DNA of 64,000 nt from an uncultured delta proteobacterium (GCA_963772835.1 CAVYYZ010000008.1:32001-96000); one strand, 5' to 3'. Shown: positions 34,500 to 46,200, numbered from the stretch's first letter. Program-made: numbers and translations. The notes: generated by a model from the letters alone, not told the origin.

Positions 34500-34532
34500 A
34501 GCTGCTTTTCTAGGTTGAATCAGCTCCTGACG

Positions 34533-35555
34533 TTAGAATGGTATGGTATATCTGTCTTCATTACTCTGAATCTTCGTATTGAACGGTCCTGACAGACCAT
34601 TCAGCTTTTGAATGACACCGGCTGCCCGTACACCGGTCAGCAGCTGCGGCTGGAAGCCGACCCGCCGGTACAGGACATCCAGCGGCAGTATTTCAGCGCT
34701 GCGGTTGTTATCAGTCAGCGTAAGACGGATCATGGCGCTGACGTCTGCGACAGTACTCTTGCTGGCAAAGGTAAAATTGCCCAGACTGTAAAAAATGAGG
34801 CCATTTCTGTACCGTTCGACACCTTGCAGAACATGGGGGTGGTGGCCGATAATTACGTCCGCTCCGGCTTCGATGGCTTTGTGCGCTGCAGTGCGTTGAT
34901 ACGGCTGCACGGAGTCGCTCGCTTCCCTTCCCCAGTGAAACGAGACAATGACGTAGTCTGCCTGCCTGCGGGCGTTTGTTATGTCCGCGGTCACCAGTTT
35001 TTCGTAACCGGGGGCGGTGCCCGGCCGGTCGCGGCCGGCGTAAAACTCGACCGGACGGGTCAGCGAGTAGCCGAGGAAGGCTATCTTTTTGCCTTTGATC
35101 GTATAGAGCACCATTTTGCGGGCTTCAGAAAGGTTTATGCCTGCTCCGATCCATGCGATGCCATTGTTGTTGAGATGGTGAAGTGTCTCAGCCAACGCTT
35201 CGCCGCCAAAATCCATACTATGGTTGTTGGCGAGTGTTACCAGATTAAAGCCTGCAGCTCGAATGGATTTTGCAGCCTGCGGTTCGGCCCGGAAGCGGAA
35301 CTGCTTTTCTGAATATTCTACTCCACCCTCGGCGATGGGCGATTCCAGATTGGCGAGATTGATATCGCTTGCGGCCAGTTCTTTCCTGACGCTGTTAAAA
35401 GGGTAGTCGTATCCTTTCTTTCTCAGGAACGGCACCCATTTTCCGGCCAGCATGATATCACCGACCGCGGTAATGACAATCTCCTCTGCATGCAGACTAG
35501 CCGGCCGGCAGCAGAGAACAGCCACGATTAGAATGTGCGTAATGAGTACTTTCAT
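34533..35555 (-). CDS. CapA/PgsA family metallophosphatase-fold protein
   Basis: VGDIM, NLESP, LANNHSMD, HWG.E, IIGHHPHV, YSLGNF. Confidence 0.9.
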   Translation of the reverse strand: MKVLITHILIVAVLCCRPASLHAEEIVITAVGDIMLAGKWVPFLRKKGYDYPFNSVRKELAASDINLANLESPIAEGGVEYSEKQFRFRAEPQAAKSIRAAGFNLVTLANNHSMDFGGEALAETLHHLNNNGIAWIGAGINLSEARKMVLYTIKGKKIAFLGYSLTRPVEFYAGRDRPGTAPGYEKLVTADITNARRQADYVIVSFHWGREASDSVQPYQRTAAHKAIEAGADVIIGHHPHVLQGVERYRNGLIFYSLGNFTFASKSTVADVSAMIRLTLTDNNRSAEILPLDVLYRRVGFQPQLLTGVRAAGVIQKLNGLSGPFNTKIQSNEDRYTIPF

Positions 35556-35623
35556 AGGGCTCTTTTGCATTGACGTATAACGTCGCAAGTGCTACAAAAT
35601 ACACGCTTACTACTGAAAAATAA

Positions 35624-36907
<1,284 letters not shown>

Positions 36908-36958
36908 GTTACAGATCGTAAGTACATCTATCGTAATAGCTGATACCGCGGGGGTGTT

Positions 36959-37447
36959 ATGTTTGGTAAAAAAAATGCGCTGTTGCTGGAAGGGGCGGAA
37001 GCCAGATTAAAACAGCAGCAGGATAAGCTTGACTGGTATCAGCGGCATTACGAAAAACAGCAGATCTACATCGAAGAGCTGTACGATGTGGTCGGTGACA
37101 TGTCCCGCCAACTCGGGATGGTGCTTAAAAGCGAAAATATGGAACGCCTCCAGAAAAGTCCTTTCCTGGATGAGACCAGCAATTTTTTTCTCGACCTGTA
37201 CCTGCTGTTCAGTTCGAGGCTCAAGAAAGGGAAAAACGTAACCTGCTATTACGGTAAGGAACTGGAAGAATTACAGCGTAAATTTCAGGACAGGGATTTT
37301 AAGAACAGCAGAATTATCCACCTGACCGAGCGTCTTACCCTTGATAATCTGCGTACGCTTTTCAAAGATGGTTTATGGAGAAAATCTGTTGAAGATTCAT
37401 TGTTAGAGATACGAAGTGAGAGAAAGTTTGATACAGATCAGCAGTAA
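36959..37447 (+). CDS. hypothetical protein (coiled-coil)
   Basis: 162-aa ORF with GGGGG RBS. Confidence 0.6.
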   Translation: MFGKKNALLLEGAEARLKQQQDKLDWYQRHYEKQQIYIEELYDVVGDMSRQLGMVLKSENMERLQKSPFLDETSNFFLDLYLLFSSRLKKGKNVTCYYGKELEELQRKFQDRDFKNSRIIHLTERLTLDNLRTLFKDGLWRKSVEDSLLEIRSERKFDTDQQ

Positions 37448-37531
37448 TTCCAAAACAACGTGCTCTATGGTGTCGCTTACCATTTGAAAATCAGAAACAG
37501 GTGTGCTATAGAGTCTTGCACGCATGACAAT

Positions 37532-37619
37532 GGAGAGGTGGCCGAGTGGTTTAAGGCAGCGGTCTTGAAAACCGCCGAAGTTAATCCTTCCGTGAGTTCG
37601 AATCTCACCCTCTCCGCCA
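37532..37619 (+). tRNA. tRNA-Ser (anticodon UGA)
   Basis: GGAGAGG acceptor / CCTCTCC-G-CCA; anticodon arm GCGGT-CT-TGA-AA-ACCGC; long variable arm; GTTCGAATC T-loop. Confidence 0.97.
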
Positions 37620-37630
37620 TTCTAATTACG

Positions 37631-37663
37631 AACGGTTAGCTCGCGGGCTGATCGTTTTTTTTT
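37631..37663 (+). terminator. intrinsic terminator after tRNA
   Basis: AACGGTTAGC...GCTGATCGTT + T-tract. Confidence 0.65.
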
Positions 37664-37729
37664 GCCAGCGCCAGGATTCTGGACGCGGAGAACAATTGAA
37701 AACGCTGGAAATGCGAGAAAAGGAAAACC

Positions 37730-39391
37730 ATGCAGCGGATAATGACTTTTTTTACCGCCAGGGTTAACTCTGCACGTCAGGACCTGGCGCTTCTATCGGT
37801 TGTCTTTGGGACCGTGTTCTTTCAGTTCCTCTGGAAACTTCCGCTCATGGAACCGGACGAAGGGCGCTACGCCGAGATTCCACGGGAGATGCTTGAACGG
37901 GGTGACTTTATTACCCCGATGCTCAATTATGTAAAATACTTTGAGAAACCTCCTCTCCATTACTGGCTGAATGCGCTGTCCATGACTGTTTTCGGCGAAA
38001 ACGAATTTGCCGTCCGCTTCCCCGGGGCACTCTGCGGACTGCTGACGGTTCTGTTCACCTACCATGCTGGACGAAAACTCTTTGGCCGCCGCGAAGGTCT
38101 TTTGACGGCAATCATACTCGGCTCCTCAACAGGCTTTCTGGTACAGGGGCGTATGAACCTGACCGATATGACCCTTACATTCTGCATGACCGTTTCAATC
38201 GGCTGTTTCCTTCTTGCATCCCGGCCGGATGAGCGCAATAAGGGCCTTTATTATTACCTGTTTTATCTCTTTGCCGCCCTGGCAGTCCTTGCCAAGGGGC
38301 TTATCGGACTCGTTCTACCGGGCGGGGTGATCTTCCTCTTCCTGGTTATCTGCCGGCGTTGGCCGCTTCTGAAGGAGATGCGCCTGCCGACAGGCCTTTT
38401 GCTCTTCCTGGCTGTTGCCGCCCCCTGGTTTGTTGTGGTATCTCTTCGGAACCCCGAATTTGCCCAATTTTTCTTCATTCACGAGCACTTCCAGCGGTTT
38501 CTGAGCAAAGTCCACGGCCGTTACCAGCCGGCCTGGTTCTTCATTCCGATACTGTTGCTAACCATGCTGCCATGGTCGTTTTTTGTTCCGCAGGCACTAA
38601 TCCGCGCCTGGCGCGAACGGAAGGAAAAGGGTGGAGATCTCCTCGTGTACCTCATCGTCTGGGCAGGCTTCATATTTCTCTTTTTTTCCAAGTCAAATTC
38701 AAAGCTGATTCCCTACATCCTACCGGTTTTTGCGCCGCTTGCCCTGCTGGTGGGACTGCTCTTCAGCCGGGGAATGGATGATGAAACGATGCCAAGGAGG
38801 ACCGGGTTGCTTGCGGCATCGATCCTCTGTATACTCGGGTGCGGTGCCATAGCCTATCCCTTCGTAGATGCACAGCCCTTTGTGTCACCGGTGGGAGGGT
38901 TTGCCGTCGGTGCGGTTTTCATCCTCGAAGGGGTGCTGGTCTTTATTGCCGCCAGGCGAGGAACCGCTCTGCGACTCTTTCTCTCTCTCTCGGCCGGTGG
39001 CATTCTGTTGGCATTGGTAGCTCCACATGCCGTCTTTCCTGCAATTTCGCAAAAAAATGCGAGTTCAAGAGAGCTTTGCCGTATGGTCAAGGATGCTGCC
39101 GGGTCTGATACGGTTGTGGTAAGCGTCGGATATGAACAGGGTCTCCCTTTCTACGCCGGGAGACGGGTCGTCATAGCGGGGGGGATGGGTGAGCTTGAGT
39201 TCGGTGCGAACATAGGAGATCAGTCGGCATGGTTCATTGACCGGCCGCATTTCACCGAACTGTGGGATTCCGGGCGGCATGTGATCGCGCTGATCAAACA
39301 GAAAGAGCTGAAACAGCTCGAATCGGTAGCACACACTCCGGTGAGAGTCCTTGGAGAGGATCATCGCAAACTCCTTGTGTCAAATCGCTGA
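37730..39391 (+). CDS. arnT: ArnT-like (GT83/PMT family) undecaprenyl-phosphate glycosyltransferase
   Basis: DEGRYAEI, FEKPPL, LAKG, KLIPYILP motifs; arn context. Confidence 0.85.
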   Translation: MQRIMTFFTARVNSARQDLALLSVVFGTVFFQFLWKLPLMEPDEGRYAEIPREMLERGDFITPMLNYVKYFEKPPLHYWLNALSMTVFGENEFAVRFPGALCGLLTVLFTYHAGRKLFGRREGLLTAIILGSSTGFLVQGRMNLTDMTLTFCMTVSIGCFLLASRPDERNKGLYYYLFYLFAALAVLAKGLIGLVLPGGVIFLFLVICRRWPLLKEMRLPTGLLLFLAVAAPWFVVVSLRNPEFAQFFFIHEHFQRFLSKVHGRYQPAWFFIPILLLTMLPWSFFVPQALIRAWRERKEKGGDLLVYLIVWAGFIFLFFSKSNSKLIPYILPVFAPLALLVGLLFSRGMDDETMPRRTGLLAASILCILGCGAIAYPFVDAQPFVSPVGGFAVGAVFILEGVLVFIAARRGTALRLFLSLSAGGILLALVAPHAVFPAISQKNASSRELCRMVKDAAGSDTVVVSVGYEQGLPFYAGRRVVIAGGMGELEFGANIGDQSAWFIDRPHFTELWDSGRHVIALIKQKELKQLESVAHTPVRVLGEDHRKLLVSNR

Positions 39392-39462
39392 AGCCCGCTG
39401 ATTTTTCAGCCGTTTTGCCCTGTACCATGCTAAGTTATTATCGAATGACACCGGAGGATGCA

Positions 39463-40626
39463 ATGCGCACCGAGTTTCTCCCCTTTTCAACTCCGACCAT
39501 AGAAGACGCAGAGATCAATGAAGTTGTAGATTCCCTCCGTTCCGGCTGGATTACCTCCGGACCAAAAGTCAAGCGTTTCGAGGAGGCATTCGCGGCGTAT
39601 GTAGGCACTCCCTTTGCCGTGCCGCTCAGTTCGGCGACTGCAGGACTGCATCTGACTCTGCTGGCCTTGAAGATACGGGAAGGTGATGAAATCATCACCA
39701 CGCCGATGACCTTTGTCTCAACCGTCAGCATGATCGTACTTTGCGGCGGCAAACCGGTATTAGTAGACATTGAACCCGGAACCTTGAACATCGATGCATC
39801 AAAGATACGGGAGAAGATTTCTCCCCGGACCAGGGCGATCATCCCGGTCCATTTTGCCGGCCAGTCATGCGACATGGACCCGATCTTTGCCCTGGCAGCC
39901 GAGTTTGGCCTGACGGTGATCGAAGATGCTGCCCACGCCGCAGGCACAGAGTACAAAGGTTGGCGCATCGGTTCTCTCGAGAGCATTTCCATCTTCTCCT
40001 TTCACCCCAACAAAAACATTACCACCGGTGAAGGAGGGATGGTCTGCACCGGGGATGAATCGCTGGCCGAAGAGGTTTCGCTTCTCAAGTTCCACGGCAT
40101 GAGCCGGGAGGCCTGGAAACGCGTTGCCGCTTCCGGAACCCCCAATTACGACATCCTTCTCCCCGGTTTCAAATACAACATGATGGATCTCCAGGCGGCT
40201 ATCGGCATTCATCAGCTGCCCAAACTTGACGGATTCATCGACAAGCGGAAGGAGGTTGCCGAATTCTATAACCGTGAGTTTGCCGGCCTTGCCGAACTTG
40301 CCATTCCCGCCTATGCCCCCTATGCGCAGCGACATGCCTGGCATCTCTACACCCCGCTGGTACGGATCGAGATGCTCTCCATCGACCGCGACCGGTTCAT
40401 GGCGGAACTTAAGCGAGAGAACATCGGTACAGGGCTGCACTACAAGGCGGTTCACCACCATTCCTGGTATCGGGAGAACCTCCCGCAGAGCGAAGGATCC
40501 CTGCCCAACGCAGATTACGCCTCGGACCGGATACTGTCGCTGCCGCTCTTTCCGAAGATGTCTCTGGATGATGCCCGCGATGTTGTAGGGGCGGTCAAGA
40601 ATGTTATCGCGAGAAACAGAAAATGA
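39463..40626 (+). CDS. arnB: UDP-4-keto-pentose aminotransferase (DegT family)
   Basis: SGWITSGP, SSATAGLH, EDAAHA, SFHPNKNITTGEGG. Confidence 0.88.
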   Translation: MRTEFLPFSTPTIEDAEINEVVDSLRSGWITSGPKVKRFEEAFAAYVGTPFAVPLSSATAGLHLTLLALKIREGDEIITTPMTFVSTVSMIVLCGGKPVLVDIEPGTLNIDASKIREKISPRTRAIIPVHFAGQSCDMDPIFALAAEFGLTVIEDAAHAAGTEYKGWRIGSLESISIFSFHPNKNITTGEGGMVCTGDESLAEEVSLLKFHGMSREAWKRVAASGTPNYDILLPGFKYNMMDLQAAIGIHQLPKLDGFIDKRKEVAEFYNREFAGLAELAIPAYAPYAQRHAWHLYTPLVRIEMLSIDRDRFMAELKRENIGTGLHYKAVHHHSWYRENLPQSEGSLPNADYASDRILSLPLFPKMSLDDARDVVGAVKNVIARNRK

Positions 40627-41558
40627 CCCCTTATATTTCAATAGTCATCCCTGTCTATAACGAGGAAGGAAACCTCCATAACCTCTTCAGCCGCCTCTAT
40701 CCCGTTATGCGGGGAGTCGGGAAACCATTCGAGATAATCTTTACCGATGACGGCAGCCGTGACGGCTCACTTGAAATACTGAAGCTCATGGCCGCCGCCT
40801 ACCCGGAAGTGCGGGTGGTGGAGTTCAACGGCAACTTCGGTCAGCATATGGCGATCATGGCCGCCTTCGAAATCAGCCGTGGCGAGATCGTCGTCACCCT
40901 GGACGCGGATCTGCAGAATCCGCCGGAAGAAATCCCCAAACTGATTGCTGCGATGGAACAGGGGCACGATGTGGTGGGGAGTGTCCGTCAGCAACGACAG
41001 GACTCCTACTACCGCAAAACCGCTTCGCGCATGGTTAACATCATTACCCGCAAGATGACCGGCATGCAGATGAGCGATTACGGCTGCATGCTCCGCGCGT
41101 ACCGCCGGAATGTGGTGGACAACATCAACCGCTGCAGCGAAAGTTCCACGTTTATTCCGGCCCTGGCGCAGACATTTGCCACAAACCCGGGCGAAGTTGC
41201 GGTAGCCCATGCCGAAAGGACCGAAGGTGAGAGCAAATACTCTCTCTATTCGCTGGTCCGCCTCAACTTCGACTTGATGACCGGTTTTTCGGTTGTGCCG
41301 CTCCAGCTCTTTGCCCTGATGGGGATCCTGACATCCCTTTTTGCTGTCGCTTTTGCAGCTTTCCTGATCGTGCGGCGATTCATCGTCGGTGCCGAGGTGG
41401 AAGGTGTTTTCACCCTTTTTGCGATACTTTTTTTCTTCATCGGCATCACCATCTTCGGTATCGGCATTGTCGGCGAGTATGTGGGGAGAATCTATCAGGA
41501 GGTGCGGCGCCGCCCGCGCTATGTGGTGCGCAGGATGTACGGGGCCGAAAATGAGTAA
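40623..41558 (+). CDS. arnC: undecaprenyl-phosphate Ara4FN transferase (GT2)
   Basis: VIPVYNEE, NFGQH, DADLQNPPE, DYGCMLRAY. Confidence 0.88.
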   Translation: MTPYISIVIPVYNEEGNLHNLFSRLYPVMRGVGKPFEIIFTDDGSRDGSLEILKLMAAAYPEVRVVEFNGNFGQHMAIMAAFEISRGEIVVTLDADLQNPPEEIPKLIAAMEQGHDVVGSVRQQRQDSYYRKTASRMVNIITRKMTGMQMSDYGCMLRAYRRNVVDNINRCSESSTFIPALAQTFATNPGEVAVAHAERTEGESKYSLYSLVRLNFDLMTGFSVVPLQLFALMGILTSLFAVAFAAFLIVRRFIVGAEVEGVFTLFAILFFFIGITIFGIGIVGEYVGRIYQEVRRRPRYVVRRMYGAENE

Positions 41559-42462
41559 TGCCGTTGTGGCATGCGCCTACCATAACGTGGGCTGTCTCTG
41601 TCTGGAAGAGCTGCTCCGTGAGGGGACTGACATCCGGTTGATCTTCACCCACGAGGATTCCCCCGGTGAAGAGATCTGGTTCGCATCAGTGCGCGAACTG
41701 GCGGATCGGCACGGTATCCCGTACCTCACGACCAGCATAAATGAGCCGGAAAACCGGGCGAAAGTAGCTGAAATTTCCCCGTACTTCCTCTTCTCCTTCT
41801 ACTACCGGAACATGATCAGCCCGGAAGTGCTGAACCTGGCAACAAAAGGGGCATTGAACCTGCACGGTTCCTACCTGCCCGGGTATCGGGGACGGGTGCC
41901 GGTCAACTGGGCCGTGATCAACGGCGAGACCGAGACCGGCGCCACTCTGCATTATATGGAAGCCAAGCCAGATGCCGGTGACATTGTCGACCAGGAAAAA
42001 GTGTCCATTGCGTTCACCGATACCGCATTCGATGTGTTCAGTAAGGTAGCCTCCGCAGCGGTAATCGTACTCCACCGCGCATGGCCGCTACTCATTGCCG
42101 GCACAGCGCCCCGCATCCCGATGGATCTGCGGCGGGGAAGCTACTTCGGCGGCCGCAAACCGGCCGACGGCCTGATTGAATGGACGAAAAGCGCGTGGCA
42201 GATCTACAACCTGATTCGTGGCGTAACCCACCCGTATCCCGGAGCGTTCACCCGGCTCAACGGCAGGAAGATCATCATCTGGCAGGCACGACCGGCTGCG
42301 GGAACGGGTGAACCGGGCAGAGTTATGGCGATTGATCCGTTGCTGGTCGGTACCGGTGACGGACTGTTGGAACTCGGATCGCTTCAAGAAGAAGGGGGGC
42401 AGGAAGAGTCTGCTGCAGTTTTTGTGTCCCGGAATCAATCAGAAACGTTACAATTCAGCTGA
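41551..42462 (+). CDS. arnA: formyltransferase (stand-alone ArnA N-domain)
   Basis: AYHNVG, FSFYYR, NLHGS.LP.YRGR.PVNW, DAGDI. Confidence 0.85.
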   Translation: MSNAVVACAYHNVGCLCLEELLREGTDIRLIFTHEDSPGEEIWFASVRELADRHGIPYLTTSINEPENRAKVAEISPYFLFSFYYRNMISPEVLNLATKGALNLHGSYLPGYRGRVPVNWAVINGETETGATLHYMEAKPDAGDIVDQEKVSIAFTDTAFDVFSKVASAAVIVLHRAWPLLIAGTAPRIPMDLRRGSYFGGRKPADGLIEWTKSAWQIYNLIRGVTHPYPGAFTRLNGRKIIIWQARPAAGTGEPGRVMAIDPLLVGTGDGLLELGSLQEEGGQEESAAVFVSRNQSETLQFS

Positions 42463-42502
42463 GCGGGCATACCCGCAGCAGGTCAGGAACAAAGGAGACG
42501 GC

Positions 42503-43543
42503 ATGAAAGTTCTTATTCTCGGCGTAAACGGCTTCATCGGTAACGCGCTCACCAAACGTATCCTCGCAACCACTGACTGGGAGGTCCACGGCCTCGATAT
42601 GGCCTGTGACAAACTGGAGCACTCCCTGGGTGATTCGCGCTTCCATTTTCTGGAAGGTGATATCACGATCAACAAGGAGTGGATCGAATACAATATCAAA
42701 AAGTGCGACGTGGTGCTGCCGCTTGTGGCCATCGCTACGCCGGTCACCTACGTCAAGGATCCGCTCCGGGTATTCGAACTCGATTTCGAAGAAAACCTGA
42801 AGATCGTCCGCCTCTGCGTGAAGTACAAAAAAAGGGTGATATTCCCGTCTACCTCCGAAGTGTACGGCATGAGTCCCGACCGGGAGTTCGACGAGGAAAC
42901 CTCGCCACTGATGCTCGGACCGATCAGCAAGGAACGCTGGATCTATTCCTGTGCCAAGCAGATGCTGGACCGGGTCATTTATGCCTATGGTAACCATGAG
43001 GGGCTTCGGTACACCCTGTTCCGGCCCTTCAACTGGATCGGACCGAAACTGGACAGCATAAGCACCGCCAAGGAGGGGAGCTCACGAGTGCTGACGCAGT
43101 TTTTGTATAATATTCTTGCAGGCGAGCCGATTCAACTGGTGGATGGCGGCAATCAGCGCCGCTCCTTCACGTATGTCGAGGACGGCATCGATTGTCTGAT
43201 GAAAATCATCGCCAACGAAAATGGCTGTGCAGAGAGCGGAATATTCAATATTGGCAACCCGGATAATGATCTTTCCGTCAAGGAACTGGCCGAGAAACTG
43301 ATCGCACTGGTCAAGGAGTACCCGGCGTATCGGGAAAAGGCAGAAAATTGCCGGATAGTGAATGTAACCTCCGAGACCTTTTACGGGAGAGGGTACCAGG
43401 ATATGCTGAACCGGGTGCCATCGGTGAAAAATGCCAAAGAGCGGCTCGCCTGGGAACCAAAGACGCCCATTGACGATGCTCTGCGCAAAACCCTGGATTT
43501 CTATCTGATTGAGGACCGGGGGAAGATCGAGCACCTGCTCTGA
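42503..43543 (+). CDS. arnA: UDP-glucuronate decarboxylase (stand-alone ArnA C-domain)
   Basis: LILGVNGFIG, PLRVFELDFEENL, RWIYS..KQ, FRPFNW.GP. Confidence 0.9.
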   Translation: MKVLILGVNGFIGNALTKRILATTDWEVHGLDMACDKLEHSLGDSRFHFLEGDITINKEWIEYNIKKCDVVLPLVAIATPVTYVKDPLRVFELDFEENLKIVRLCVKYKKRVIFPSTSEVYGMSPDREFDEETSPLMLGPISKERWIYSCAKQMLDRVIYAYGNHEGLRYTLFRPFNWIGPKLDSISTAKEGSSRVLTQFLYNILAGEPIQLVDGGNQRRSFTYVEDGIDCLMKIIANENGCAESGIFNIGNPDNDLSVKELAEKLIALVKEYPAYREKAENCRIVNVTSETFYGRGYQDMLNRVPSVKNAKERLAWEPKTPIDDALRKTLDFYLIEDRGKIEHLL

Positions 43544-43615
43544 AAATGGAATTCCCGGCTCAACCGGCCTGGTGCCGGCCGCTCACCAGAAATTCTGAAC
43601 ACAAGAGCATCTGCC

Positions 43616-44521
43616 ATGTATGAACCGCTGCCAACCATAGCCTTAAAAATTGATGTGGATACCTTTGTCGGTACCCGTGACGGCCTGCCGAATCTGCTGC
43701 GGATCCTTCAGCAGTTCGGTATACGTGCGACTTTTTATTTTTCTCTGGGTCCTGATAATTCGGGAAAAGCGATCCGACGGATCTTCCGGAGGGGGTTTCT
43801 CAAGAAGATGATACGCACCCGTGCACCTTCGATGTATGGGGTGCGGACGATGCTGTACGGCACGCTTCTCCCTCCGCCGGATATTGGCGAGCGGTTGGCC
43901 GCCGTACTTCTCAGCGTCAGTCAGGCCGGTCATGAAGTGGGCATCCACTGCTGGGACCATGTTAAATGGCACGATTATCTGCCCCGCTTTACGAAACAGG
44001 CAGTGTTCGAAGAGTTCGAACAGGCACGCACGGTCTTCGAGAGGATTTTTGGTCACTGTGCCCTAACCACTGCCGCACCAGGCTGGACCGTGACTGCGGA
44101 TTCCCTTGAGATACAGGATGGCCTGGGACTCACCTATTGCAGCGACGCGCGGGGTACCGGGCCGTTTTTCCCGACTATGCACGGGCGTCGATTCAAAACC
44201 CTGCAGATCCCCTCCACCTGGCCTACCATGGATGAACTGCTTGGAGAAAACGGCATTACGCCGGAAACCATCAATGATCAGTATATCAAACTTCTGAAGC
44301 CAGGGCTCAACGTCCACACAATTCATGCAGAGCTTGAAGGGAAAGCGCTCCGTGATACATTTGTTGAGCTGCTTACGCGGCTTGCCGAGCATAACGTTCG
44401 CTATGTGACCCTTGCCGAAGCCGCTGAAGAGTTCGGTGCAGCCGCTCCCTGCTGTGAGATGCGGATGGGATATGTTGCAGGGCGTGCCATGCCGGTGGCG
44501 ATCCAGGGGGCGTTGAGGTGA
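43616..44521 (+). CDS. arnD: Ara4FN deformylase / polysaccharide deacetylase
   Basis: KIDVDT, GPDNSG, HCWDH, HTIHAELEG. Confidence 0.85.
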   Translation: MYEPLPTIALKIDVDTFVGTRDGLPNLLRILQQFGIRATFYFSLGPDNSGKAIRRIFRRGFLKKMIRTRAPSMYGVRTMLYGTLLPPPDIGERLAAVLLSVSQAGHEVGIHCWDHVKWHDYLPRFTKQAVFEEFEQARTVFERIFGHCALTTAAPGWTVTADSLEIQDGLGLTYCSDARGTGPFFPTMHGRRFKTLQIPSTWPTMDELLGENGITPETINDQYIKLLKPGLNVHTIHAELEGKALRDTFVELLTRLAEHNVRYVTLAEAAEEFGAAAPCCEMRMGYVAGRAMPVAIQGALR

Positions 44522-44758
44522 AGAGAGAACGCCGGAGATTGTGTGCCGAACGGAAGAAAAAAACGGGATGTAGCTGCAGATATAAACGAGAAACATCTCA
44601 TTAAAAGCCGGACCTTTTCGATTTTTGAAGTCAATATTACCTGTTGCCATCATTTTGACAATAACCTATGGTACCTCAAGAGTTCGATTCTGTCGTCTCC
44701 GGAGGGTCAACTCCGGCAGTGGAGACAGAGAGAAAGAACCCGGGGGAGTGCTATTACT

Positions 44759-44962
44759 ATGCAGATAACAACACCATATATAAAGCTGGACAGTTTTTTA
44801 AAGGCGGAAAATGCGGTTTCTTCCGGTGGGGAGGCAAAAGCCATGATCGCAGAGGGGTACATTTCGGTAAATGGCGAAGTTGAATTCCGCCGTGGTCGCA
44901 AGCTGTATCCCGGGGACAGGGTCGTGTACGGGAAAAGAAAGTTCACGGTTGAAGCGGCTTGA
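44759..44962 (+). CDS. S4 RNA-binding domain protein (YaaA/YbcJ-like)
   Basis: YIKLDSFLK..SSGGEAK..VNGEVE.RRGRKL. Confidence 0.9.
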   Translation: MQITTPYIKLDSFLKAENAVSSGGEAKAMIAEGYISVNGEVEFRRGRKLYPGDRVVYGKRKFTVEAA

Positions 44963-45061
44963 ACGCCAAATAAATTGACTTCTCGGCGTGTTTAAAATTA
45001 GAATGAACACTTTGTTTTGTGCCAATTACTACGCCTTAGTGCGTTATTGAGGAGAAATGCA

Positions 45062-46084
45062 ATGAATATGAGATTTCTTGATGCCTGTTGGGGAAAACCG
45101 GTAGACCGGACACCTGTGTGGCTGATGCGTCAGGCCGGTCGATATCTGCCCGAGTACATGGCGGTCCGCTCCAAATGCACGTTTCTGGAATTGTGTAAAA
45201 CACCTGAACTGGCTGCAGAAGTATCTATCCAGCCGGTCGATTTTCTCGGTGTTGATGCCGCAATCATGTTTTCAGATATTTTGACACCGGTTGAACCGAT
45301 GGGGATGAAGCTGGATTTTGTTCCGGGCCCGGTATTTGAGAACCCTATCCGTTCCATGGCCGATGTGGAGAAACTGCGTATTCCGCAGATGGAACAGGAT
45401 GTCCCCTATGTTCTCGAAACAATTAAGATATTACGGCGTGAACTTGCCGGGAAAGTGCCGCTGATCGGTTTTGGCGGTGCGCCGTTTACGTTGGCCTGTT
45501 ATATGGTTGAGGGGAAAGGTTCGAAGGACTTTGCCCAGATTAAGCGGATGATGTATGCCGCGCCTGATATCTATGCCGCACTGATGGACAAAATTACCAC
45601 CATGAGTATGGAGTATCTGAACGCCCAGATTACGGCCGGTGCGCAGTGTATCCAGATATTCGATACATGGGGGGGGATCCTCTCTCCCGCTGATTACGAA
45701 CGCTACGTTCTGCCGTATACCGTCCGGCTGATAAACGGCCTGAACCGTATGGCAACTCCGGTTATCCATTTTGTAAAAGGTTCCGGAGCCATGCTGGACA
45801 CCGTCAAGAAAGCCGGCGGCGACGTTATGGGGCTTGACTGGCACGTGAATCTGGGTGCGGCACGGGACCTGATAGGCCCGCACATGGCGGTTCAAGGTAA
45901 TCTTGATCCGACCGTGCTGTATGCTACACACGAAATTATTGAACGTGAAGTCACGCGGGTTCTGAATGAGAATGCCGATCGACCAGGGCACATTTTTAAT
46001 CTGGGGCATGGCATTCTGCCGACGGTTCCGCCCGAAAATGCCAAATTCATGGTGGAGTGCGTACATCGATTGTCACAGAAGTAA
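45062..46084 (+). CDS. hemE: uroporphyrinogen decarboxylase
   Basis: PVWLMRQAGRY, FSDIL, QGNLDP, FNLGHGI. Confidence 0.98.
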   Translation: MNMRFLDACWGKPVDRTPVWLMRQAGRYLPEYMAVRSKCTFLELCKTPELAAEVSIQPVDFLGVDAAIMFSDILTPVEPMGMKLDFVPGPVFENPIRSMADVEKLRIPQMEQDVPYVLETIKILRRELAGKVPLIGFGGAPFTLACYMVEGKGSKDFAQIKRMMYAAPDIYAALMDKITTMSMEYLNAQITAGAQCIQIFDTWGGILSPADYERYVLPYTVRLINGLNRMATPVIHFVKGSGAMLDTVKKAGGDVMGLDWHVNLGAARDLIGPHMAVQGNLDPTVLYATHEIIEREVTRVLNENADRPGHIFNLGHGILPTVPPENAKFMVECVHRLSQK

Positions 46085-46200
46085 TTTCCAGATTAAACAG
46101 CAGCTTTAACGCAGAGGTCATGGGGGGCAGGCCGATACAACCGCTCGGATCTGCTCCCGTACCGCATGCCTCCGTAGTAAAATCTTTTCAAGAGGTAATT

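Noticed and set aside
37532..37730. tRNA-Ser as an island attachment site
   Set aside because: No integrase and no duplicated tRNA 3' end seen in the window
44686..44732. Hairpin upstream of the S4-domain gene as a riboswitch
   Set aside because: Imperfect stem only; no recognisable aptamer
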